This document shows, one piece after another, positions 8,200 through 15,882 of a DNA stretch of 39,085 bases (position 1 is the first letter of the stretch; each line of letters opens with the position of its first letter). The notes under the pieces were generated by a model, which was not told the DNA's origin, made no database searches, and saw nothing but the letters and a program-made list of their open reading frames with translations. Source of the stretch: a virus (taxonomy: Duplodnaviria; Caudoviricetes); IMG/VR virus record IMGVR_UViG_3300031228_000017, positions 1 to 39,085 of that record; one strand, 5' to 3'. The position numbers were made by a program, and so were the translations under genes.

Positions 8200-8225
8200 G
8201 TCTGCTCCCTTCGTAGAGTGGGTCG

Positions 8226-8381
8226 TCAGTTCGTGCAGGCGCAGCGGCCGTTCTTCGAGCCGTCGGAGTAATCGACCTCGGAGTCGCACCCCTCGCAGTA
8301 GCTCTCGTCCTGCACGTCAGCGACGGTCGAGTAGGGCGAGTTCCGCTTCTCGGAGTCCCAAAGGCGCTCGGCGTCGTTCAT
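8226..8381 (-). CDS. cassette-driven small Cys-rich protein
   Basis: MNDAERLWDSE...YCEGC...RCAC, 51 aa. Confidence 0.6.
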   Translation of the reverse strand: MNDAERLWDSEKRNSPYSTVADVQDESYCEGCDSEVDYSDGSKNGRCACTN

Positions 8382-8441
8382 GGCTGCTCCCTTCGTCGTG
8401 TCCATGTCAGGGATACTAGACACGCCCGGCGCGCTTGTCAA
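8379..8441 (-). promoter_or_regulatory. repeated promoter/operator/RBS cassette
   Basis: TTGACA-17-TAGTAT-CCCTGAC-ATG(8405)...AAGGGAGCAGCC-ATG(8381). Confidence 0.85.
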
Positions 8442-8764
8442 GGGGCCTCGACGTGGACCTTCGAGCGGTAGACCATGACGGGCCGCGAGTGGCCCCGAGG
8501 GAGGACGGAGTTCACGCGGCGGCCGGTCTTCTCGCAGACCCCCGCCTTCTCGGCCGCACGGAGGACGCCCGCGATCGCGCGCGGCTCGCGGGGAGGCGCG
8601 ACCTCGCGCCGGTCGAGGATCGTCCAGACGGCGTCCGTCGTGAACTCGGGCCGACGCCGCGCGACCTCGGCGATCGCCTCGACGGCCGCACGCTTCCACT
8701 CTTCGAGGGCGGCGGCGTAGGCGCGCTCGATCCCCTCGTCGCGAAGGGCCTCCGCGGTCGTCAT
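8438..8764 (-). CDS. hypothetical phage protein, possibly winged-helix
   Basis: EFTTDAVW...EPRAIAGVLRAAEKAGVCEKTG...HSRPVMVYRS. Confidence 0.65.
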   Translation of the reverse strand: MTTAEALRDEGIERAYAAALEEWKRAAVEAIAEVARRRPEFTTDAVWTILDRREVAPPREPRAIAGVLRAAEKAGVCEKTGRRVNSVLPRGHSRPVMVYRSKVHVEAP

Positions 8765-8994
8765 CGCATGACACCCGGCGCGATCCTCGCCCCGGCGAGC
8801 ATCCGGAGCGCGCCCTCGTAGACCGCTTCCGCCTGCTCCCTCGTCCCGGCGACGTGGACGACCTCGCGGCCGTCGAGGACGGCGGCGACGACGGCCTCGA
8901 CGTCGGCGCGCGACACGTAGAAGAGGGCGGCCGTCGAGTAGCCCCCGGCGTCGGCCGCGTCGATCGCGGCGCGGATCCGCTCGGCGGCCCTCAC
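8761..8994 (-). CDS. hypothetical protein
   Basis: Coupled by start/stop overlaps on both sides. Confidence 0.55.
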   Translation of the reverse strand: MRAAERIRAAIDAADAGGYSTAALFYVSRADVEAVVAAVLDGREVVHVAGTREQAEAVYEGALRMLAGARIAPGVMR

Positions 8995-9212
8995 GCGACC
9001 GCCCCGGCCGTCGAGACGATCGAGCGGAGGCCGGTCGCATGGCCCCGAGCCTCAGCCGCCGCCGAACGGTAGCGGGCCGCCTGCTCGTCGGCGATGCGGG
9101 CGAGGCCGTCGGCGACCTCGGCCTCGCGGTCGAGGCGGGCCGCGCGAGCGAGGATCTGCTCCCGGACGTCGGGCGTCACGACGACGACCCGACGCGGCGC
9201 GACTCGATCCAC
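8991..9212 (-). CDS. hypothetical protein
   Basis: 73 aa helical ORF in the leftward operon. Confidence 0.45.
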   Translation of the reverse strand: MDRVAPRRVVVVTPDVREQILARAARLDREAEVADGLARIADEQAARYRSAAAEARGHATGLRSIVSTAGAVA

Positions 9213-9364
9213 GCGCCGAGCTTCGCCTCATCGAACCGGAGCGTCCGACCGGAGAGCCGGAAGGCGACCCCGTCGAAGTCGCCACGGGCGACCATCGCGA
9301 GGATCGTCCGGGCGTTCAGGCCGAGCCGCTCCGCGACCTCGGCTGTAGTTAGCATCTTAGGCAA
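9176..9364 (-). CDS. excisionase-like HTH protein
   Basis: MLTTAEVAERLGLNARTILAMV...RTLRFDEAKLGAWIES; TTG start after AAGGGAGCAGCG. Confidence 0.75.
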   Translation of the reverse strand: MPKMLTTAEVAERLGLNARTILAMVARGDFDGVAFRLSGRTLRFDEAKLGAWIESRRVGSSS

Positions 9365-9380
9365 CGCTGCTCCCTTCGGG

Positions 9381-10721
9381 TTAGTTGGCTCGCGGGACGT
9401 AGCCCGCCGAGTCGAATCGCTGAAACTCGCCCTTGAAGACGAGCGGACGTGTCCCCGTCCCCCCAAACCGATTCTTCGCGACGATCCACCGCGACGCGGG
9501 AAGCGCGAGGTTCGGATCGTCCTCGCCCCGCTCGCGGTACACGAAGCCGACGAGCGCGGCCTCCTGCTCGACGACCGACGTCTCGCGAAGCGACGCGAGC
9601 GTCGGCGGCGGGTACGGGTTCTTCTTGTCGCCCGTCCTCGACAACTGCGCGAGCAGGACGACGGGGATCTCTAGGCGCTTCGCCATGTTCCGGATCGACC
9701 GGACGGTCTTCTCGATCTCGAAGCGGTCGGCGAACTCGATCCGGTGAAGGTGGTCGATGACGACGAGGTCGTACTTCCCCGCCACGGCCCACCGCCGGAG
9801 CTTCTGAGGATCGACCTCTTCGTCGTCGAGGACGTCGAAGTCCCACGCCGACATAGCCTTCTCGGCCTCGGCCGCGGCCCCGTGGTACTTCGCGTCGAGG
9901 CGGCCCGACTGAGCCTGCGAGTAGGGGATCCCGAACGACGCGACGAGGCGGTCGGCGAGTTCGTCGCCCGTCATTTCGAGCGACGCGTAGCCCGCCCGGT
10001 GTCCGGCCACGCACGCCGACTTCAGGAAGTCGAGGCCCGCGCACGTCTTCCCGTCCCCGGTGTAGCCGCCGACGACGTACATCGAGCCGGGCTTCAGTCG
10101 CCGCGAGAGCAGCTTCGACGGCTGCGCGATCCCCTCCGTGTCCTCGTCCGGCGGGTTCATGCGCTTCTCGCAGAACCGCTCGGCGAGCGTCCGGCCGGTC
10201 TGGACGTTCGCGCGCACGGCCGAGCGCGAGCGGTGCCGCTCGATCTCCTGCTCGAAGACGTCGAGGGCCTCGTCGAAGCTCCCGCCGTCGAGCGCCTTCC
10301 TCGACGCCGCCGACGTCGTCCGGATCAGCGCGCGCCGGAGGGCCTGCTCCCGGACGATCTTCGCATGATGCGGCGCGTTCGCCGTCGCCGGGGTGAGGGC
10401 GGCGAGTTCGTGAATCTTCGCCTTCCCGCCGATCGCGTCGAGCATGTTCGCCGAGCGGGAGTCACTCTCCGGAGGCTCCGTCGATTCGAGCAGGGCCGCG
10501 ACCGCGACCGGGTCGGTCGGCTCGCGGTCGTGCGCGAGCTTCCCGATCGCGTCGAAGATCCGGCCGTGCGCCTCCCGGTAGAAGTCCTCGGAGCGGAGGC
10601 CGGTCGCGACGACCGCGAAGTACGCGGCCGACGAGATCAGGGCCGCGCCGAGGACGGACTCTTCGGCTTCGAGATTCTGCGGGGCTACCCGCGGGCGTTC
10701 GTCGAACTCGGGGGATGACAC
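9381..10721 (-). CDS. dnaB: DnaB-like replicative helicase
   Basis: PQNLEAEESVLGA N-terminal domain, Walker A GGYTGDGKT, SLEM, VVIDHLH, LAQLSR, LRET..EQEA and VAKNRFG. Confidence 0.92.
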   Translation of the reverse strand: MSSPEFDERPRVAPQNLEAEESVLGAALISSAAYFAVVATGLRSEDFYREAHGRIFDAIGKLAHDREPTDPVAVAALLESTEPPESDSRSANMLDAIGGKAKIHELAALTPATANAPHHAKIVREQALRRALIRTTSAASRKALDGGSFDEALDVFEQEIERHRSRSAVRANVQTGRTLAERFCEKRMNPPDEDTEGIAQPSKLLSRRLKPGSMYVVGGYTGDGKTCAGLDFLKSACVAGHRAGYASLEMTGDELADRLVASFGIPYSQAQSGRLDAKYHGAAAEAEKAMSAWDFDVLDDEEVDPQKLRRWAVAGKYDLVVIDHLHRIEFADRFEIEKTVRSIRNMAKRLEIPVVLLAQLSRTGDKKNPYPPPTLASLRETSVVEQEAALVGFVYRERGEDDPNLALPASRWIVAKNRFGGTGTRPLVFKGEFQRFDSAGYVPRAN

Positions 10722-10723
10722 GT

Positions 10724-11008
10724 TTAGACGTCCTTCCTCTCTACGAACTCGCGGGCCGTCTGACCGATCGAGGTCTGCGTCCAGTAGGGCCGGAACGTCC
10801 CCTCGTCGTCGCGCCGGTACGTCTCGATCTCGATGCGCGTCACCGTGACGGACGGGCCGTCGGGCGGCGACATGACGCCGGGCGGGTAGGTGTGGGGAGT
10901 CTCGGAGACGATCTCGACGTGGACGCGCTTCAGGGGATCGACCTCGACGACGCGGCCGTCACACCGGCCGCCGACGAGGCGTACGGACTGTCGGAGGACG
11001 CCGCTCAC
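10724..11008 (-). CDS. hypothetical protein
   Basis: MSGVLRQSVRLVGGRCDGRVVEV...; GTGA-coupled. Confidence 0.55.
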   Translation of the reverse strand: MSGVLRQSVRLVGGRCDGRVVEVDPLKRVHVEIVSETPHTYPPGVMSPPDGPSVTVTRIEIETYRRDDEGTFRPYWTQTSIGQTAREFVERKDV

Positions 11009-11649
11009 GCCGCCACCCGGTGCGGGACGTGGTCGAGCAGGCCGGAGCGCGTCGCCATGAAGACGGCGTTCGTGATCTCGGTCGCCCCGAGCTTCGCGAT
11101 GACCTTCTTCCGCTGCGCCTTCACCGTCTCGACCGACACGCACCGCCGGGCGGCCGTCACCTTCGACGTCTCGCCGAGGGCCGCCCCCGCGAGGACGTCG
11201 ATCTCCCCCTCGGCCAGGGGGCGACCGGCGTCCCGCTCGGCGTCCGTGAGGGGCGCGGCGAGCGCCCTCTCGACGAGTGTCTCGCGGGCCTCGACGATCG
11301 AGACGACGTCGGCGCGCGGATCGACGAGCCGGTCGGCGAACGAGTCGTCGTTCTCGGAGTCGCCGACGGCCGCGTCGAGCGAGCAGGCCGTCTCGCGGAA
11401 CTTCCTCCCGTGCGTCGCCCGGAGGCCGTCGATCATCGCCCGGCGGACGAACGTCGCGGCCCACGGCCGGAACGGGCAGACCGTCGAGTCCCACGACGCC
11501 GCGGCTCGGATGAGGCCGACGTTCCCGTCGCCGACGAGGTCGTCGAACTCGGCGCGGACGCCGACGCGACGCCGGACCGACCCGGCGATCTCGCGGACGA
11601 GGTCGAGGTTCGACTCGACGAGCTTCGCCCTCCGGTCGAGCGACGTCAC
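11005..11649 (-). CDS. sigma-70 region 2 (FliA/WhiG-like) fused to a LuxR-type HTH
   Basis: LVESNLDLVREIA...DDLVGDGNVGLIRAAASWD...FRPWAATFVRRAMIDGLR; C terminus GEIDVLAGAALGETSKVTAARRCVSVETVKAQRKKVIAKLGA...SGLL. Confidence 0.75.
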   Translation of the reverse strand: MTSLDRRAKLVESNLDLVREIAGSVRRRVGVRAEFDDLVGDGNVGLIRAAASWDSTVCPFRPWAATFVRRAMIDGLRATHGRKFRETACSLDAAVGDSENDDSFADRLVDPRADVVSIVEARETLVERALAAPLTDAERDAGRPLAEGEIDVLAGAALGETSKVTAARRCVSVETVKAQRKKVIAKLGATEITNAVFMATRSGLLDHVPHRVAA

Positions 11650-12290
11650 GCGGCGGCCTCGTCCGGGGCCTTCGCGGCCTTCGCGGCCTTCTCGATCGTC
11701 GAGACGATCGCCTCGTACTGATCTCGGTCGAGGTCGTCGAGCGCGATCTCGTACTTCTTCCGCGCGGCCTCTTCGACCTTCTCGATCGTGAACCGCTCCG
11801 GCACCTTCGCGGCCCCGAGCGCGAGCGCCGCGTCGAGGCGGGCCTTCTGCTCGGGCGTCGGCGTCGGCTTCTCGGCGACCGGCGAAATGTCTTCCTTCGC
11901 CCAAAGGTCGAGCGCCACGCCGAAGCGCATCGCGGCGTTCCGGATCGCGTCGCCGATGATCTCTTTCGTCGAGGATCCGTCGCCGTACCCCGGGCGCGTC
12001 ACGCCGCAGACCGTGAGTTCGATCCAGAGGCCGCCCGACTTGTCGAGAACGGGGAAGCCCTGCTCGTCGGTCGCCATGGGCTTCCACGTCCACGCGGGAT
12101 CGACGGAGAGAAGGCGGTCGGTCGTCGCCGCGTGGCCGACGTAGTCAAGGTGGACGGCCGGGAGGCCGTGATACCCGCCGCACTCGCGGCAGTTGCCTTT
12201 CGTGTTGTCCTTCCGCGTCGGCTTCGGGAGCTTCCCGATCCGCTCGGGCGGGAACTCGGCGCGGAGCTTCGCTGCGTCTTCTTCGGTCAA
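11646..12290 (-). CDS. Sak/Rad52-like single-strand annealing protein
   Basis: LRAEFP...LDYVGHAATTDRLLSVDPAWTW...KEIIGDAIRNAAMRFGVALDLW; TTG start after GAAGGGGA. Confidence 0.75.
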   Translation of the reverse strand: MTEEDAAKLRAEFPPERIGKLPKPTRKDNTKGNCRECGGYHGLPAVHLDYVGHAATTDRLLSVDPAWTWKPMATDEQGFPVLDKSGGLWIELTVCGVTRPGYGDGSSTKEIIGDAIRNAAMRFGVALDLWAKEDISPVAEKPTPTPEQKARLDAALALGAAKVPERFTIEKVEEAARKKYEIALDDLDRDQYEAIVSTIEKAAKAAKAPDEAAA

Positions 12291-12439
12291 GGCGTCCCCT
12301 TCCGGACGTTTGCGCGACGTAGGCGCGTGGCACGAACGACGAACGAAGCGAGACGATAAGGCGCACGTCAGACGTACACCGGCCGCACGCCTCGACCTAG
12401 ACCACCCGCCCCCCGACCGAACGGGAAACGCACGACGAC

Positions 12440-12469
12440 TTGACATGAAGCGCACAAGAGGCGTAGGGT
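12440..12469 (+). promoter_or_regulatory. promoter for the repressor gene
   Basis: TTGACA-18-TAGGGT in the divergent intergenic region. Confidence 0.55.
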
Positions 12470-12537
12470 CATCGCCACACCGAGCGCCTCGCGGCCCGAG
12501 GCGCGTCACTGAAGGAAGGGAAGGGAGCAGGAGCAGC

Positions 12538-12888
12538 ATGTCCACTGTGGCAACACCCGAGAGAGAGGCGGCGACCTTGACCGACCTCGACGCGCGCGCC
12601 GTTGGCGAACGGATCGCGCTCGCCCGCCACGAAGCGGGCCTACATCAGAAGGAACTCGCCGAGCGGATCGGCGTCATCCCTCGGAGCGTGCAGAACTACG
12701 AGGCGGGCCGGATCCCGTGGCGCTACTTGACCGCGATCGCCGAGGCGACCGGCCGAACGAAGGAGTGGCTCCTGTACGGCGACGCGACGACGCCCGCCGC
12801 CGGGCCGACCGTCGAGGAACGGCTCGACCGAGTCGAGAGCCTCGTCGAAGAGATCCTCGCGCGCCTGCCGGAGCGGAACCGAGAGTAG
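12538..12888 (+). CDS. XRE-family immunity repressor
   Basis: VGERIALARHEAGLHQKELAERIGVIPRSVQNYEAGR...IAEATGRTKEWLLYG; divergent from the replication operon. Confidence 0.85.
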   Translation: MSTVATPEREAATLTDLDARAVGERIALARHEAGLHQKELAERIGVIPRSVQNYEAGRIPWRYLTAIAEATGRTKEWLLYGDATTPAAGPTVEERLDRVESLVEEILARLPERNRE

Positions 12889-12914
12889 CCCGAGGCGGGC
12901 CGCGAGGGAACGAG

Positions 12915-12938
12915 AGAGGCCCGCTCGCGCGGGCCTCT
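12915..12938. terminator. hairpin between convergent genes
   Basis: AGAGGCCCGC-TCGC-GCGGGCCTCT. Confidence 0.7.
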
Positions 12939-12962
12939 TCTCTGCTCGGATCCGGCCTCGTC

Positions 12963-13343
12963 CTACAGAAGCGTCATGCGTTCGGCCGAGGTCGTGACGA
13001 CCCCGCCGAGGAACTGCTCGACGCGCGCGAGCGTCTCGGCGATCTCGGCGAAGACGCCGTCCATCGGGAGCGCCTCGCGAAGCTCCGCGACCTCCGTCCG
13101 AAGGTCCGCCGCCGCGAACCCGTCGGCCGCGTCCCGCTCGTTCATGCGCGCTTCGAGCCGGTGAATCGAGCCGAGGATCTCGCGGCGCTCGGCGGACGAG
13201 ACTTCCAGATTCGAGACGACGGCCGAGCGCGTCTCGGTGTGAAGCCGCTCGGCCTCCGTGACGACGTCGGCGAGCCGTAGCTTCGTCGTCGCGCCGGGCG
13301 CTACGACTGCGAGCGGCGGCGGATCGTGGGGAAGTGCGCTCAT
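12963..13343 (-). CDS. hypothetical helical protein
   Basis: AAGGGAGCAG upstream; promoter TTGCGT-17-TACGTT at about 13405-13433. Confidence 0.6.
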   Translation of the reverse strand: MSALPHDPPPLAVVAPGATTKLRLADVVTEAERLHTETRSAVVSNLEVSSAERREILGSIHRLEARMNERDAADGFAAADLRTEVAELREALPMDGVFAEIAETLARVEQFLGGVVTTSAERMTLL

Positions 13344-13491
13344 CGGTTGTCTGCTCCCTTTCAGTAGGCCCGGCTTCGGAAGACCCCGCATCCGGTGAGA
13401 GACGAACGTAGCGCCCACGTCGGACGAACGCAAGCGAAAGTCTCGAATCCTTACGACTTATCACTCGAAAGGGGTATCTCGTCGAGGCCCC

Positions 13492-13560
13492 TTGACACGA
13501 CCGCGCGCCTCGTCTAGGATCCCTTACATGAAGTCCACCGCGAGCAAGGGAGCAGACATG
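13492..13560 (+). promoter_or_regulatory. repeated promoter/operator/RBS cassette
   Basis: TTGACA-17-TAGGAT-CCCTTAC-ATG(13528)...AAGGGAGCAGAC-ATG(13558). Confidence 0.85.
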
Positions 13561-13824
13561 GGAACGAGCCTCACCCCCACCTACCGGGTCGAGTTCCGCA
13601 TCGCCGGGAGCTACTGGACGCCGAGCGCCTGGAACGTGAAGCGCGACGGTCGCCCCACGGACGAGAAGCTCGCGACCTACGTCGCCGACCTCGAAGCCTC
13701 GACCCGCGAGGGCGGCTGCAACGCCCACCTTGGCGCGACCGTCGTCTTCGGCGCGACCATCGTCCGGCAGTCCGACGACGAGGTCGTCGCCTCGTACACC
13801 GGCCCGATGTTCGCGGTCGTCTAG
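13558..13824 (+). CDS. cassette-driven hypothetical protein
   Basis: MGTSLTPTYRVEFRIAGSYW... Confidence 0.7.
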   Translation: MGTSLTPTYRVEFRIAGSYWTPSAWNVKRDGRPTDEKLATYVADLEASTREGGCNAHLGATVVFGATIVRQSDDEVVASYTGPMFAVV

Positions 13825-13829
13825 GCCCC

Positions 13830-13898
13830 TTGACAACCGCACCGATCGCGTCTAGTATCCCTGACATGAAGTCCACCGCGAGCAAGGGAGCAGACATG
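13830..13898 (+). promoter_or_regulatory. repeated promoter/operator/RBS cassette
   Basis: TTGACA-17-TAGTAT-CCCTGAC-ATG(13866)...AAGGGAGCAGAC-ATG(13896). Confidence 0.85.
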
Positions 13899-14120
13899 AC
13901 CCGCATCGAGCAGATCCGCGAGCAGGCCCTCACCCTCACCCGGGCGCAGGCGACCGACACCCTCGTCGAGTCCTTCGAGAAGACGGACGCGATCATCGAC
14001 GAGATCCGCGCGGCGAACGACTGGACGCGCGAGGACGAGTACCTCGCGATCGTCGAGTCCCGCGGGTGGATCATGGACGTCCTCATCGAGCGCGGCGAAG
14101 AGGCCCGGATCGGCCTCTAG
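13896..14120 (+). CDS. cassette-driven small acidic protein
   Basis: MTRIEQIREQALTL..., 74 aa. Confidence 0.7.
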   Translation: MTRIEQIREQALTLTRAQATDTLVESFEKTDAIIDEIRAANDWTREDEYLAIVESRGWIMDVLIERGEEARIGL

Positions 14121-14140
14121 GGAAGGTTCGTCGAGGGGCC

Positions 14141-14205
14141 TTGACATTCTTCGTCGAGGCCCCTAGACTCACTCCGACAACACTACGAGCAAGGGAGCAG
14201 ACATG
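14141..14205 (+). promoter_or_regulatory. variant promoter/RBS cassette without the +1 ATG
   Basis: TTGACA-17-TAGACT...AAGGGAGCAGAC-ATG(14203). Confidence 0.8.
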
Positions 14206-14601
14206 ACGATCACGAAGACCACACTCGAACTCGCCCACGGCGACGTCGTCGATTCCCACGGGATGCGCGTCCTTCTCGACGCCGCCGACCGCGAGACGTA
14301 CACGCGCGGCGACCGCGAGGTCGTCTCCTGGCCCGGCCGGATCCTGAACCTCGCCGAGGTCAGGGAGCGCGGCTTCATCCCGCCGTCGTTCATGGAGTCC
14401 GGGACGTGGCGGATTCAGGGGAACGACCTCGCCCGATGGGCCGTGGACGAGATCGCGACCGACCTCGTCCGCCGGTACTCGACCGAGCGGAGCGCCGCCG
14501 GTCGCGACGCGATCCTCACCGAGGCGATCGAGGCGTACGGGGCCTCGTTCGAGGACGGCCTCGTCGAGCGGTTCGGCGCGCCGGACAAGATCGCCCACTG
14601 A
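14203..14601 (+). CDS. cassette-driven hypothetical protein
   Basis: MTITKTTLELAHGDVVDSHGMRV...WRIQGNDLARW. Confidence 0.7.
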   Translation: MTITKTTLELAHGDVVDSHGMRVLLDAADRETYTRGDREVVSWPGRILNLAEVRERGFIPPSFMESGTWRIQGNDLARWAVDEIATDLVRRYSTERSAAGRDAILTEAIEAYGASFEDGLVERFGAPDKIAH

Positions 14602-14617
14602 CCACCGTCCAGGGGCC

Positions 14618-14681
14618 TTGACGGCAGACCGTCGAGGCCCCTAGACTCTCCGACATGATCGCAACGAAGGGAGCAGCCATG
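14618..14681 (+). promoter_or_regulatory. variant promoter/RBS cassette
   Basis: TTGACG-18-TAGACT-CTCCGAC-ATG(14655)...AAGGGAGCAGCC-ATG(14679). Confidence 0.75.
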
Positions 14682-14897
14682 AAGACCGACCTCTACATCG
14701 CGCACTACCGGCACCAGCACTCCGGGCGGCCCGTGACCACGGCCGCGATGAGCCTCGACCAAGTCGTCGAGATCGTCGCCTCAGTCGCCCGCCTCACCGG
14801 GCAGACCGCCCGCGTCGAGAGAATCGACGTCGAGCGCGTCTCCACGAAGCGCCCGGACGCCCTGCCGCTCGCCGTCCTTCAGACCCGCACCGCCTAG
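14679..14897 (+). CDS. cassette-driven hypothetical protein
   Basis: MKTDLYIAHYRHQHSG... Confidence 0.6.
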   Translation: MKTDLYIAHYRHQHSGRPVTTAAMSLDQVVEIVASVARLTGQTARVERIDVERVSTKRPDALPLAVLQTRTA

Positions 14898-14935
14898 CCA
14901 TGACGACGGCTACCCCCACACGGAACGGAGCGACC

Positions 14936-15187
14936 ATGCCCCTCGACCCGAAGACGAAGAAGAACCTCGCCCGACTCGCCGACCGCGACCGCGCCGCGAG
15001 ACGGAAGGCCGAGGACGCGCGCGACGAGCTACTCGAAGCGATCCTCGACGTCCGCGCCGGATCGACCGTCCGCGAGATCGCCGAGGCGACCGGGATCAGC
15101 TTCCAGCGCGTCCACGAACTGACGACCGTCCGCAACCGGCGGACGGCGAAGGGCCGCGCAGCGGCGGCCGGAAGGGAGCAGACATGA
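14936..15187 (+). CDS. small HTH DNA-binding protein
   Basis: ARDELLEAILDVRAGSTVREIAEATGISFQRVHEL; GGAG SD before ATG 14936. Confidence 0.7.
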   Translation: MPLDPKTKKNLARLADRDRAARRKAEDARDELLEAILDVRAGSTVREIAEATGISFQRVHELTTVRNRRTAKGRAAAAGREQT

Positions 15188-15465
15188 CGACCACGAAGAC
15201 CGAGCTTCACTACTCCGACGTCATCGACCTACCCGGCGAGATCACCCTCGCCGAGGCGCGCAGCATCGAAGAGTTCCTCCGCGGCGTCGGCCTCGTCCGG
15301 AAGGGGAAGGGCGGCGACCCGCACGCGCTCGTCTTCGTCCTCACCGTCGAGGGCGACCTCTGGGATCTCCGCGAGGCCGTCTCCGACGTCGAGGTCGAAC
15401 TCGCCTCGCGCGGGATCACCTACCACGCCGACCGAGCGAACATCGAGACGGGGGAGCAGGCGTGA
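15184..15465 (+). CDS. hypothetical protein
   Basis: AAGGGAGCAGAC-ATG start. Confidence 0.65.
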   Translation: MTTTKTELHYSDVIDLPGEITLAEARSIEEFLRGVGLVRKGKGGDPHALVFVLTVEGDLWDLREAVSDVEVELASRGITYHADRANIETGEQA

Positions 15466-15632
15466 GGACTTGGACGGTTCCCGCGACCGCGACCGCGACC
15501 GCACGGATCGAGGTCGAGGCCGAGACGGAGGAAGAGGCGATCGAGAAGGCTCAGGCGATCGGCGGATTCGAGATCGCCGACGTGGACGAGCTTCTCGATT
15601 TCAAGGTCGAGGACGAAGCCGAAGCTCTCTAG
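15462..15632 (+). CDS. small acidic protein (not in the ORF track)
   Basis: GGGGAGCAGGC-GTG; MRTWTVPATATATARIEVEAETEEEAIEKAQ..., 56 aa. Confidence 0.6.
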   Translation: MRTWTVPATATATARIEVEAETEEEAIEKAQAIGGFEIADVDELLDFKVEDEAEAL

Positions 15633-15775
15633 TCGAGGGGCCTCGACTTAGTTGTCCGCGCCCTAAACAGAGGCCGTCTTCCGATAGCCAGGGTTCTTAC
15701 CCGGAGCGCGTGGAGAGTGAAACCGCGCAGCGGTTGAACTCGTACTGAGCCTCTCCTAGAGAGAGGGAAACGATC

Positions 15776-15799
15776 GAGAAGCGCCTTCGGGCGCTTCTC
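15776..15799 (+). terminator. hairpin terminator
   Basis: GAGAAGCGCC-TTCG-GGCGCTTCTC followed by TCGTTCC. Confidence 0.7.
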
Positions 15800-15882
15800 T
15801 CGTTCCGGGGACGTCGTACGCGCGCCGTACGCTTGCCGTGCGTCCGAGAACGGGCGCTCGACCGAAAGGACTCGCCCGCCTC

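Noticed and set aside
13492-13557. ORF-track starts at the TTG of TTGACA (also 5131, 5754, 6468, 13830, 26598)
   Set aside because: These TTGs are the -35 boxes and lie upstream of the predicted TSS
13481-14641. Recurrent GTCGAGGCCCC as a separate motif family
   Set aside because: Built from very common k-mers in this genome and mostly adjacent to cassette promoters or hairpins; enrichment cannot be shown by eye
13492-14681. Regularly recurring repeats as a CRISPR array or integron attC array
   Set aside because: The units are promoters and RBSs separated by whole ORFs of variable length; there are no cas genes, no attC R/L box structure, and no evident IntI-specific features in the integrase
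15745-15771. Hammerhead ribozyme (CTGAG-stem-GAAAC)
   Set aside because: The core needs CUGANGA before stem II; the GA is missing and no matching stems I/III with a cleavage triplet were found
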